A stretch of 64,000 bases of DNA from an uncultured Chthonomonas sp. (GTDB lineage: Bacteria > Armatimonadota > Chthonomonadetes > Chthonomonadales > CAJBBX01): contig CAISJD010000006.1 in assembly GCA_903885605.1 (NCBI GenBank), positions 3,625-67,624 on the forward strand, in the 5' to 3' direction. Numbering within the stretch: position 1 is the stretch's first letter; every line of letters starts with the position of its first letter. Position numbers and translations under genes: made by a program. The notes below the pieces were generated by a model. That model searched no databases and had not been told where the DNA came from. It was given only the letters and a program-made list of their open reading frames with translations. Positions 17,480-26,215 of this stretch are shown here, piece after piece.

Positions 17480-19289
17480 GAGGCCTGCCCGCTGCCTCCT
17501 TGCGGTCCTCAAGCTCCTGCCAGCGGTCATAGAGCGCGGCGAGGCGCTCCTTCCGGCGGGGAAGCTCTTCCCAGATGTGCTGTAACTTGCTGGCATCCGT
17601 CACCACCTCCGGCCGCTCCAGGTCACGCTCAAGTGCCTGAATCTGATCCTCGACCCGGCTGATGTCCTGCTCGATGCTCTGTAGCTCGCGGCGCTCGGCG
17701 GTGGTCAGCCGCGGAGCCCGGACGGGCCTGGCCGCCGACGGCCTCAACGGAGCGGCGGCGGTTGCCGAAGCCTCCTGGCTCCTCCACACAGACCACTGGG
17801 CCGTGTCCGCCAGGAACGCATGGCCTCCCCGGCCGTCCAGCGCAAGGATCAGAGTACAGGCGCTGTCAAGCAGATAGCGGTCCTGCGTCACGATCACCAC
17901 CGCTCCGGGGAACTCCAGCAGGCTCTCCTCCAGCACGTCCAGAGTGGCGATATCGAGGTCCGTAGTCGGTTCGTCCAGGACCAGCAAATCGCAGGCGCGG
18001 ACCATCTGCTGGGCCAGCGACAGCCGGGCGCGCTCACCACCGGACAGGGTGCCCACGGGACGTTCCAACTCGGCGCGATCGAACAGGAACCGCTTTGCCC
18101 ACGCCGCCACATGCATGGGCCTGCGCTGATAGATGACCGTGTCACCGTTCGGCGAGAGCGCCTCGCGGAGCGACTGCTTCGGGTCCTGCAGCGGCCGCTC
18201 CTGCTCCACATACGCCACAGCCAGTCCGGCGGCGGCGCGGCTGAGGCCCGATGTGAGGGGCGCCTCCTGGGCGATGGCCCTGGCGAGGTAGGACTTGCCG
18301 CTGGCGTTGGGCCCCACAATACCCAGCTTCTGGCCCGGCGCCAGCGAGAGGTTGAGGCCCGAGACGATGACAGCATCGTCGGCCTTCAGGACGGCGTCGG
18401 TCAGCGTCACCAACTCGCGAGACCGCCGCCCTGTGCCCGCGAAGTCGATGCCCGCTGTATCTGAGGCCCGGTTCCGATCGCGCAGGTCGGCCAGATCGCT
18501 GAGCAGCTTGTGCGCGTCCTCGATGCGGTGCGCGGCCTTGGTGGTCCTGGCCTGAGGCGTGCTGCGGAGCCACTCGATCTCGCGCCGCGCGCGGATCGCC
18601 ATGGACTCTTCCTGCTGCTGCTGGGCGGCCAACCGGGCCTCGCGCTCGGTGAGGAAGGTGCTGTAGGAGCCGTTGACGCTCAGGTGCCCGTCCGGGTAGG
18701 CGCGATCCAGCTCCACGATGCGCGTGGCGGCCTTCTCAAGGAAGTACCGGTCGTGGGTCACCGAGATCGACGCGCTCGGCAGCGAGGCGATCTGCCGCTC
18801 AAGCCAGAGGACGCCGTCCAGGTCGAGGTGGTTGGTCGGCTCATCCAGCAGCACCAGGTCGGGCTCAGAGAGGATGGCCAGCGCAATCGACGCACGCTTG
18901 CGAACACCGGCAGACAGGCCGGCTACGGGCTCATCCAGCCTCTCCAGCCCGAAGCGCGCGGCAACGGCGCCGGCCTCCATGGCGCGTGCCTCGGCAGAGC
19001 CCGCCGCGGCCGGCATGGCGCTCAGGATCAAGGACCGGAGCGTTTCCTGCGGCGGCAGGTCGTCGGACTGCGGCACGTAGGCCACGCGCAGGCCGCGCCG
19101 GGCGCCGATGCTGCCTGCGTCGGCCGTCTCCAGTCCGGCGATGATGCGCAGGAGCGTCGACTTGCCGATGCCGTTGGCGCCGATGAGCCCGATCCGCTCG
19201 CGCTCGCGGACACTGAGGCTGATGTTGCGGAACAGGGAGCGCGTCCCGAAGGATTTGGACAAGCCCTGCGCGTTGAGGAGGAAACTCAT
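17472..19289 (-). CDS. ABC-F family ATPase (Uup-like, two NBDs plus a C-terminal coiled coil)
   Basis: Two Walker A motifs (GANGIGKST, GPNASGKS), two signatures (LSAGVRKR, LSGGERAR) and no TM segments. Start taken at MSFLLNAQGLSKSFG. Confidence 0.9.
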   Translation of the reverse strand: MSFLLNAQGLSKSFGTRSLFRNISLSVRERERIGLIGANGIGKSTLLRIIAGLETADAGSIGARRGLRVAYVPQSDDLPPQETLRSLILSAMPAAAGSAEARAMEAGAVAARFGLERLDEPVAGLSAGVRKRASIALAILSEPDLVLLDEPTNHLDLDGVLWLERQIASLPSASISVTHDRYFLEKAATRIVELDRAYPDGHLSVNGSYSTFLTEREARLAAQQQQEESMAIRARREIEWLRSTPQARTTKAAHRIEDAHKLLSDLADLRDRNRASDTAGIDFAGTGRRSRELVTLTDAVLKADDAVIVSGLNLSLAPGQKLGIVGPNASGKSYLARAIAQEAPLTSGLSRAAAGLAVAYVEQERPLQDPKQSLREALSPNGDTVIYQRRPMHVAAWAKRFLFDRAELERPVGTLSGGERARLSLAQQMVRACDLLVLDEPTTDLDIATLDVLEESLLEFPGAVVIVTQDRYLLDSACTLILALDGRGGHAFLADTAQWSVWRSQEASATAAAPLRPSAARPVRAPRLTTAERRELQSIEQDISRVEDQIQALERDLERPEVVTDASKLQHIWEELPRRKERLAALYDRWQELEDRKEAAGRPRD

Positions 19290-19337
19290 AGGCTGCGGCA
19301 AATGCCTCCCGGCCAAAGTCAAGTTGTGAACGCTGGT

Positions 19338-19343
19338 AGTCTA
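19338..19343 (-). promoter_or_regulatory. -10 candidate (G)TAGACT on the minus strand for the ABC-F gene
   Basis: Plus-strand ggtagtctacc (19335-19345) is near-palindromic. Its reverse complement reads ggTAGACTacc. Confidence 0.3.
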
Positions 19344-19371
19344 CCCCTGCTCGAACCTGTCGGGCGACGAG

Positions 19372-19377
19372 TAGAAT
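19372..19377 (+). promoter_or_regulatory. -10 box (G)TAGAAT for the PPTase gene, implying a leaderless mRNA
   Basis: gaGTAGAATgacgccATG has 6 nt between the box and ATG 19384, with no SD. Confidence 0.45.
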
Positions 19378-19383
19378 GACGCC

Positions 19384-20118
19384 ATGACCGATGCCGCCGA
19401 CACCAGCGCCGCCGACACGACCCAGGTGACCCTCTGGTGGGCCGACGCCGCCGACTGGGGCTCGTCACCCGGTGACCTCATGGCACTCCTCTCGGCGCCT
19501 GAGCGGGACCGATTCGCCCGACTGCGCCGCCCCGCCGATGCGCTGGCCTACGCCTGCGCCCACGCATTGGTACGACTGCTTGCGGCACGCGAACTGGGCA
19601 TCGGCCCGCTGGAGGTCGGACTGGTCGCCGACCTCGGCGGCAAGCCCCGCCTGGACGGGCGCCGGCTGCCGGGCGTCAGCCTCTCGCACTCCGGAACGCT
19701 GGCCTGTGCGGCGCTATGCCGAACCGCGGACATAGGGATCGACCTGGAGACCAGCGGGCCGCGGACCGGAGCCGACCGCCTCGCTGAGCGCGTCCTCACC
19801 CCCCGCGAGGTCGGAACGTGGCGGGCGAATGGCGGAGCTTGGGCCGACCTGATGGCGGCCTGGACCGTGAAGGAGGCGCTGCTGAAGGCCTCGGGACTGG
19901 GCATCTCCGCGGGAATGGAGGCGCTTCAGGTCGGCGCCCCACCCCCTGCCGCAGCCCATCCACTCACGGTCCCGGAGGCCATGGCGCCTGCGGAGGGTTG
20001 GGCCTACGCACGCATCACCACCATCGCGGCTGCTGCTGCGGCTGTGGCGGCAGCTTCGCCAAATCCCCTGACGGCGCGCTACGAACGCATCCTTCGCGGG
20101 CAGTGCGGGATGCCATAG
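19384..20118 (+). CDS. 4'-phosphopantetheinyl transferase, Sfp type
   Basis: GGKPRL, VSLSHSG, IGIDLE and WTVKEALLKASG motifs. Confidence 0.8.
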   Translation: MTDAADTSAADTTQVTLWWADAADWGSSPGDLMALLSAPERDRFARLRRPADALAYACAHALVRLLAARELGIGPLEVGLVADLGGKPRLDGRRLPGVSLSHSGTLACAALCRTADIGIDLETSGPRTGADRLAERVLTPREVGTWRANGGAWADLMAAWTVKEALLKASGLGISAGMEALQVGAPPPAAAHPLTVPEAMAPAEGWAYARITTIAAAAAAVAAASPNPLTARYERILRGQCGMP

Positions 20119-20125
20119 GGACGGC

Positions 20126-21685
20126 TCAGCGGGGCGGCGGACCGGAGTCGCTCGGCTCGCCCGACGGAGGCGTCGAGCCGGCCAGCGGATCCGGCGGCAG
20201 CACAGTGATGATGATGGGACGCGTCACCGTATTGCCCCGGTTATCGGCGGCGCGCAGGGTGTAGGTGGTCGTCTGTTCCGGCGCAACGGGGAAGGAACCC
20301 TTGGCCGTGAGGCTGGCGCCGACCCCGTTGTCGATCTCCACAGTCGCCGCACCGTCCACGAGCCACCGGAGCGTGGCGCTCTCACCCATATGGATGGTCG
20401 ACGGCGTGGCCTTGAAACCGGTGATCTCGGCGGTGCAGGCGTCCGGCGGCACGACGGTCACCGTGACGCTCTTGGTCACGACGTCGTTGTTCTGGCCCTG
20501 GACCGTGAGGACATAGGCGGTTGTGAGGTCGGGCGTCACTTGCCGCGAGCGATCGAGCCTCGGGTTCAGCGTGCCGAGTGGATTCAGTACCATGGCGGCA
20601 GCGCCGTCGACGAGCCACGAGAGCGTCACGGCCTCTCCGGCATGGATGCGCTTGGCCGACGCCGTGAACGCCGCGATGCGCGCCCTGGGGGCCTCGGGAC
20701 GAGGCGTCACGGCCACCGCCACGGCGCGCCGGACCTCATTCCCGCCCCCCCGCGCCACGAGTGTGTACGTCGTAGGAACCTGCGGCTGCACGGCGACGCT
20801 TCCAACGCCCCTGGTGACCGGGATACTGGCGGCGCCTTCGCCCGCACTGATGTACGAGCCGTCGCCCAGGTCGCCGATGTCCCAGGTGAGGGTCACGTCG
20901 TCGCCCGCGACCACCTCGGTGGGCGATGCCGTGAAACCGCGGACCACGACAGGCCTTGGACGCAGCACCGCGTAGCCGATCCCCGCCAGGACCGCCAGGA
21001 GCAGAGCGATAGCCGTTACGGTCGAAAGGAAGGCCTTGCGCTCCAGTTGGCCGGCCACGCTGGTGGAAATGTAGCGATCGGAGGTCGAGCGTCCGAGCAC
21101 ATTAAACGCGTAGAGGCGGGCGGTGCCGACCACGGGCCGCGTCTTGGGCTCCGCGTACATGGCCACGGTCTCTGTGGCGCCTGGCCGCACGGTGACGCGG
21201 GCGTTCTCAAACTCATAGGCGCAGGCGCCCTCGGGGTCCGACGCGTCCATGTCGAGCGTCTCCGGCTGGTTGCCCAGGTTGCAGACGCGCACCTCGAAGG
21301 GGCTCACGGGACGGATGAAGGTGGACGTGGCGCGCTTCGGCTCCAGGTCGATCTGAAGACTGGTGAAGGGCTTGACGGTCAGCGTGGCCTGACGTACCCC
21401 TGCCTCGCCGGACTCCATGCTTCGCGCCCGCACGAGGAACGGGTAGGCGCCGGAGGCGCATTCCGTCGACCGGGGCACCCGGAACAGGATGCCGGCGGCC
21501 ACGCTCTGCCCGGCTGCCGCCGTGACCGCGGGCTCGGGCAGGGCATACCACTCGATGTCGATGCCCTCGACCTCAAGGAGGATGCGATCCTCGTCTTTGC
21601 CGTTGTTCGTGACCGTCACGTGCAGCTGCGCCGTGCCGCCCGGCTCGATGACGACCTCTTCGGCCGATATCTCCACACCGATCAC
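20126..21685 (-). CDS. Single-pass membrane protein with two N-terminal CARDB/NEW3-like beta-sandwich domains, one TM helix, three tandem Ig-like repeats and a Pro-rich tail
   Basis: GTG 21685 lies 8 nt after AAGGTGG (alternative GTG 21697). The longer ORF would overlap alaS. The TM FLSTVTAIALLLAVLAGIGYAVL is encoded at about 20963-21034. Repeats are listed separately. Domain names are inferred from sequence pattern only. Confidence 0.5.
   Translation of the reverse strand: MIGVEISAEEVVIEPGGTAQLHVTVTNNGKDEDRILLEVEGIDIEWYALPEPAVTAAAGQSVAAGILFRVPRSTECASGAYPFLVRARSMESGEAGVRQATLTVKPFTSLQIDLEPKRATSTFIRPVSPFEVRVCNLGNQPETLDMDASDPEGACAYEFENARVTVRPGATETVAMYAEPKTRPVVGTARLYAFNVLGRSTSDRYISTSVAGQLERKAFLSTVTAIALLLAVLAGIGYAVLRPRPVVVRGFTASPTEVVAGDDVTLTWDIGDLGDGSYISAGEGAASIPVTRGVGSVAVQPQVPTTYTLVARGGGNEVRRAVAVAVTPRPEAPRARIAAFTASAKRIHAGEAVTLSWLVDGAAAMVLNPLGTLNPRLDRSRQVTPDLTTAYVLTVQGQNNDVVTKSVTVTVVPPDACTAEITGFKATPSTIHMGESATLRWLVDGAATVEIDNGVGASLTAKGSFPVAPEQTTTYTLRAADNRGNTVTRPIIITVLPPDPLAGSTPPSGEPSDSGPPPR
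20198..20947 (-). repeat. Three diverged tandem coding repeats of about 80 codons each (Ig-like modules)
   Basis: VRGFTASPTEVVAGDDVTLTWDI..., IAAFTASAKRIHAGEAVTLSWLVDGAA..., ITGFKATPSTIHMGESATLRWLVDGAA.... Each ends in ..TTYTL.A....V...V.VTV.P. Confidence 0.7.
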
Positions 21686-21740
21686 GGTTGGGCCCACCTT
21701 CCCGCGGGCGCCGAGGCCCGCCCTGCCACCGAACCCAGGG

Positions 21741-24446
21741 TCATTGCTTGCCCAGCTGGCCCGCCAGGATGCCTGGAGCCGCGGCCAGCGCCTCGTCAAC
21801 CTTCTCGGGTTGGCGGCCGCCTGCCTGGGCGAAGTCCGGCCTACCGCCCCCGCCGCCGCCAAGCATACGCGCCACGTCGCGCACCAGGTTCCCTGCATGG
21901 GCGCCACGCGCCACGAGGTCGGGGGTCACCTTGGCGGCCACAGCCACCTTGCCGTCCGCAACCGCCGCGACCAGCACCACCGCCGAGCCGCGCTCCGCGG
22001 CAATGCGGTCGGTCAGGGCCGCCAGCGTGCCCGCGTCGGCATCCTTCAGCGCACCGGCGACCAGCGTGGCGCCCTCGACCTCGGACTGCACCAGGCTCTC
22101 GCCGCCGGACGCGTTGGACGCGCGCAGACGGCGGATCTCCTTCTCCAGGTCGACGCGTGCCGCCAGCAGCTTCTCCACCGCGGGACGCAGGCTGCGCGGC
22201 GAGGTCTTGAGCAGCGTGGCGAGATCCGACGACGCCGCATCCTGCTCCTTGACCTGATGCCAAGCGCCCAGACCCGTGAGGGCCTCGATGCGCCGAACGC
22301 CGGCCGCGACGCCGGTCTCGGAGACGAGGCGGAACCAGCCGACCTGCGAGGTACGCTGCAGGTGCGTGCCGCCGCAGAGCTCCACGCTCACGCCGGGCAC
22401 TTCGACCATGCGAACATGGGAGCCATACTTCTCACCGAAGAGGGCCATGGCGCCTCGGGACCGCGCCTCCTCGATGGGTATGCCGTCCGAGACCGACACA
22501 GCCGCGTCCGCCAGGATGGCCTCCACCACCAGGCGCTCCACCTCGGCCAGTTCGGCGTCGGTGACAGGCTGCGTGTGCGTGAAGTCAAACCGCAGGCGGT
22601 CGGGCGCCACGAGGGAGCCCTTCTGGTGCACATGGTCGCCCAGGACGGACCGGAGCGCCGCATGGAGCAGGTGCGTCGCGGTGTGGTTCCGCTGGACGTG
22701 CATCCGCCGCTGCTGGTCCACTGCCGCGTCCAACGGCAACCCGGTGGAGATGCACCCCTCGGTCACCTTGGCCACGTGCAGGAAGATGCCGCCCGTCTTG
22801 ATGGTGTCGGTCACCTCCACTGCGAGGCCCGGGGCAGTCAGCGTGCCCGCGTCGCCCACCTGACCGCCGGATTCGGCATAGAATGGCGTGGCGTCCAGCA
22901 CCACATCGACCAGTGAACCCGCCGCCGCATCGGTCACCAGTTCGCCGTCTCGGATCAGCGCCAGCACGGTGCAACCCTCGCATCGGAGGCCCTCGTAGCC
23001 TGTAAAGCGGGTTACGGGCACGGTGTTCTGCAGTTCGCTGAGCGCGGCGCCGAAGGTCTTGAAGACATCCTTGTGGATACCCGACGACTCGGCGGACCGC
23101 CGACGCTGCTCCTCCATGGCCGCCCCGAAGCCCACGGTGTCCACGGTGAGGCCCTGCTCGGCCGCGACCTCCTGCGTGAGCTCCAGCGGGAAGCCGAAGG
23201 TGTCGTAGAGCATGAAGGCCGCCTCGCCGCCCACGCACTTCGCGGCCTGCGCCTCGGGCAGCGCCATCACGTCGTAGAGCCGCCGCTCACCGTTGTCCAG
23301 CGTGCGCCGGAAGCGCTCCTCCTCAGCCCGGATGGCCGCGAGGATCGAGTGCTGCCGGTCGACGATCTCTGGGAAGTCTGGACCCATCTGGGCGATGATC
23401 ATCGGCGCGATCTCATGCATGAACGCCTGGTCAAAGCCCAGCGCCGTCTTGCCGTAGCGGATCGCCCGACGCATGATGCGCCGGAGCACATAGCCGCGCC
23501 CGACGTTGGACGGAAGGATGCCGTCGGCGATGCAGAAAACGGTGGTCCGGGTGTGCTCGGCCACGACCCGGAACGCGAAGTCCGCCGCAGAGGCCGTGCC
23601 GCCATACTGCAGTCCCGACAGCTCGGATATCTTCGCCAGCGATGAGGCGAAGAGGTCGGTGCCGAAGACGCTGGTGACGCCCTGCATGAGACAGAGGAGG
23701 CGCTCGAACCCGGCTCCGGTATCGTTGTTCTTGCAGGGCAGCGGCTTGAGCACCGCGGTTCCATCGGGCTCCTCGCCGCGGTCGAACTGGGTGAAGACGT
23801 TGTTCCAGATCTCGAGCCAACGGCCCGCGTCATCGTCCGCCAGGTAGCGCTGCGTCGGTGTCAGCGACGGGTCGGAGGTCATCTGCTCCTCGGGAACCAC
23901 GCGGTAGAAGATCTCGGTGCAGGGGCCGCAGGGGCCGTTGGGGCCCTGGCTCACGGCGTTGGCGGGCCAGTAGTTCTTGTCCTCGCCCAGCCTGTGGATG
24001 CGGTCGGCGGGCAGGCCCACCACGTTGTGCCAGACGTCGTACGCCTCGTCATCGTCGCGGTAGACGGTGACGCAGAGGCGGTCGGCGTCCAGCTTGAGCC
24101 ACTCGGTGATGAACTCCCAGGTCCAGGGGATCACCTCGGCCTTGAAGTAGTCACCGAAGCTGAAGTTGCCCAGCATCTCGAAGAAGGTGCAGTGCGAGGT
24201 ATCGCCCACGCTGTCGATGTCGCCGGTCCGTACGCACTTCTGGACCGTGACCACGCGCGAGGCCGGAGGCTTGGCGGCGCCCACGAAGAAGGGCTTGAAC
24301 TGCTGCATGCCCGCGCTGGTGAAGAGCGTGGACTTATCCTCGACACCCAGGGCGTCGATGGGCACCAGGGGAGCGCCCTGCATGTGCAGGTGTCCCTTGC
24401 CGATGAAGAACTCGATATACTTGCGGCGCAGTTCAGTGGCGAGCAT
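21741..24446 (-). CDS. alaS: Alanine--tRNA ligase
   Basis: About 900 aa. MLATELRRKYIEFF..KGH start and the class II core (FTSAGMQQFKP, HCTFFEMLGNFSFGDYFK). Editing-domain HxxxH is present as HTATHLLH; I did not trace the rest of that motif. C-terminal DHHA1-like region. Confidence 0.97.
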   Translation of the reverse strand: MLATELRRKYIEFFIGKGHLHMQGAPLVPIDALGVEDKSTLFTSAGMQQFKPFFVGAAKPPASRVVTVQKCVRTGDIDSVGDTSHCTFFEMLGNFSFGDYFKAEVIPWTWEFITEWLKLDADRLCVTVYRDDDEAYDVWHNVVGLPADRIHRLGEDKNYWPANAVSQGPNGPCGPCTEIFYRVVPEEQMTSDPSLTPTQRYLADDDAGRWLEIWNNVFTQFDRGEEPDGTAVLKPLPCKNNDTGAGFERLLCLMQGVTSVFGTDLFASSLAKISELSGLQYGGTASAADFAFRVVAEHTRTTVFCIADGILPSNVGRGYVLRRIMRRAIRYGKTALGFDQAFMHEIAPMIIAQMGPDFPEIVDRQHSILAAIRAEEERFRRTLDNGERRLYDVMALPEAQAAKCVGGEAAFMLYDTFGFPLELTQEVAAEQGLTVDTVGFGAAMEEQRRRSAESSGIHKDVFKTFGAALSELQNTVPVTRFTGYEGLRCEGCTVLALIRDGELVTDAAAGSLVDVVLDATPFYAESGGQVGDAGTLTAPGLAVEVTDTIKTGGIFLHVAKVTEGCISTGLPLDAAVDQQRRMHVQRNHTATHLLHAALRSVLGDHVHQKGSLVAPDRLRFDFTHTQPVTDAELAEVERLVVEAILADAAVSVSDGIPIEEARSRGAMALFGEKYGSHVRMVEVPGVSVELCGGTHLQRTSQVGWFRLVSETGVAAGVRRIEALTGLGAWHQVKEQDAASSDLATLLKTSPRSLRPAVEKLLAARVDLEKEIRRLRASNASGGESLVQSEVEGATLVAGALKDADAGTLAALTDRIAAERGSAVVLVAAVADGKVAVAAKVTPDLVARGAHAGNLVRDVARMLGGGGGGRPDFAQAGGRQPEKVDEALAAAPGILAGQLGKQ

Positions 24447-24527
24447 CGCGTGTGCGTCTCCTGGCGAGTGGCGAACCCATAGTGGTGGCGCCTGGGCCAA
24501 GACGGATTGCCGCACAGCGCAACAAGC

Positions 24528-24536
24528 ATTATAGCA
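24528..24536 (-). promoter_or_regulatory. Extended -10 box TGCTATAAT for alaS, giving a 5'UTR of about 75 nt
   Basis: The reverse complement of 24528-24536 is tgctataat. No convincing -35. Confidence 0.45.
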
Positions 24537-24594
24537 TCTCGGTGTCAGGCCGGGCTGTTACGGGTTCTGCAGGTCGGCGGCGGACGGCGCGGGG

Positions 24595-24600
24595 TAGACT
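24595..24600 (+). promoter_or_regulatory. -10 candidate (G)TAGACT upstream of the thioredoxin-like gene
   Basis: ggGTAGACTgc ends 2 nt before ATG 24603. That argues the real start is ATG 24645. Confidence 0.3.
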
Positions 24601-24644
24601 GCATGGGCCGGTCACCCAAGCCCATTCACGAGGTCGCGAGCCCC

Positions 24645-25208
24645 ATGCTCCGTAACAACGTCCTGATAGCGGTCGGTCTTCTCGTCCTGATCATCCTTGC
24701 ACTCAGTTCCATTCGCCCGCCGCAACCCGCGAGCCCGCAGTCCGCGTCGACGCGGCCGCGCGGCGGCGGCCTCGGAGTTGGCGAGCCGGCGACGGATGTC
24801 GTGATCAGCACAGAGAAGGGCGAGCTGTCCCTGGCATCCCTGCGGGGCAAAGTCGTCCTCGTGGATGTCTGGGCCACCTGGTGCGGTCCCTGCCGCATGT
24901 CGATCCCCGGCGTGCAGCTCTCCTACTCCAAGCGGCGCGACAAGGGCTTCGAGGTGTTCGGCATCGCATTGGAGCGCGACGGCGGCGGGCAGATCGCGGC
25001 GTTCGCGAAGGAGATGGGCATGACGTACCCCACTGGTGTGCCCAAGGACGTTGAACCCGTGCAGAAACTGGTGGGCATGCGGTCCGGCATCCCGTACATG
25101 CTCCTTCTGGACCGCAAGGGCGTGGTCCGCTGGATCGCCGAGGGATACGGCAGCGGCTCCGAAGGCGAGATGAACGACCAGATCGACAGGCTGCTGGCCG
25201 AGCCCTAG
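24645..25208 (+). CDS. TlpA/ResA-like membrane-anchored thiol:disulfide oxidoreductase (thioredoxin fold)
   Basis: N-terminal anchor MLRNNVLIAVGLLVLIILAL and active site WATWCGPCR. The alternative start is ATG 24603. Confidence 0.8.
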   Translation: MLRNNVLIAVGLLVLIILALSSIRPPQPASPQSASTRPRGGGLGVGEPATDVVISTEKGELSLASLRGKVVLVDVWATWCGPCRMSIPGVQLSYSKRRDKGFEVFGIALERDGGGQIAAFAKEMGMTYPTGVPKDVEPVQKLVGMRSGIPYMLLLDRKGVVRWIAEGYGSGSEGEMNDQIDRLLAEP

Positions 25209-26209
25209 GTCTTGCCGACGCCGTGCCGGAGCCTGTATGCACGGATGAAGCGCCGCGCGGGTTCGCGCAACCGCGACAGCCAGGGAAGACGCGAGCAACG
25301 GAGCCAGTAGATGTCCGTTCGCACGCCGCCGAACTTCATCTTGTAGGGCACCCAGCCTGCCATGTCGTAGCGCGTGATCCCGAGTCGGCTCCAGTGCAGC
25401 ATGGCTCGCCACTGCAACAGGTCGTTGACGTGCAGGGCCTGGTGCTTCTGCCAGCTCGAGTAGGCCACCCAGTACATGCTGTCGTTCATGGCGGCGAAGA
25501 CGCCGGTCGAGGCGCATTCGCCCTCCGGCGTAAGGCCGCGAAGCAGAAGTAGCCTGCCCGTCCCCTGAAGGTTTCGCCACAACGAGACAAGGCGGTCGCG
25601 CTCGTAGAGCGGAGACATTCCCTGCTTGCCGAAGACCTCCAGCAGTTGCTGGTAGTGCTCCTCGAAGAAGGCCTCGTCATCGGCCTCCACGATCTGCACG
25701 CCCTGCTCCTCGGCGCGGCGAACGCAGCGGCGCACATCCCGGTCGAGGCCCTTCATCAGGGCCTCCTCGGGCTTGGCGAGGTCGACCAGGATGGTGTTGC
25801 CGGGCTGCACATCCCACCCGACCGCCGCGGCGTCGTCGGGCGTCAGGTAGCGGTCGCGGATCTCCACATGCCAGCAACCCATGGGACCGAAGCCGAAGCG
25901 CCGAAGCGCAGCCAGCGCATCGCGCCGCGCCACCCCCGGCTGCAGGTTGAAGCCCATGTCGAAGGTGAGCCATCCGGGAAAGGGGCTACCCAGCACGCGA
26001 AGGCCGGCCTTGCGGAACACGGCGCCCGTGAACCAGCCGACCTCGTGCGAGCCGTCAAGCAGTCTGGCGACGACGGGCTCGGCGCGCTGGGTGTCGCGCA
26101 GGTACCCAAGCCAGCCGCGCGTCTGGCAGACCACGCGATCGGGGCAGGCGTCCAGGGCGTCCCAGGGGACCTGATCCAGGGGGACGCGCTCGAAGCGCAG
26201 GTCAGCCAT
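25205..26209 (-). CDS. FemAB/CelD-like (Acetyltransf_6, GNAT superfamily) protein
   Basis: 334 aa starting 6 nt downstream of the dehydratase gene. Overall resemblance to the BioF2-like/FemAB acyltransferase fold is by recollection only. Confidence 0.4.
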   Translation of the reverse strand: MADLRFERVPLDQVPWDALDACPDRVVCQTRGWLGYLRDTQRAEPVVARLLDGSHEVGWFTGAVFRKAGLRVLGSPFPGWLTFDMGFNLQPGVARRDALAALRRFGFGPMGCWHVEIRDRYLTPDDAAAVGWDVQPGNTILVDLAKPEEALMKGLDRDVRRCVRRAEEQGVQIVEADDEAFFEEHYQQLLEVFGKQGMSPLYERDRLVSLWRNLQGTGRLLLLRGLTPEGECASTGVFAAMNDSMYWVAYSSWQKHQALHVNDLLQWRAMLHWSRLGITRYDMAGWVPYKMKFGGVRTDIYWLRCSRLPWLSRLREPARRFIRAYRLRHGVGKT

Positions 26210-26215
26210 GCAGGG

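Noticed and set aside
25205-25208. Convergent genes sharing a palindromic CTAG, so that both stop codons (TAG/TAG) overlap. Seen at 25205-25208 and again at 44531-44534.
   Set aside because: This is a neat feature but is explained by the TAG/CTA palindrome and tight gene packing. Two occurrences give no evidence of function.
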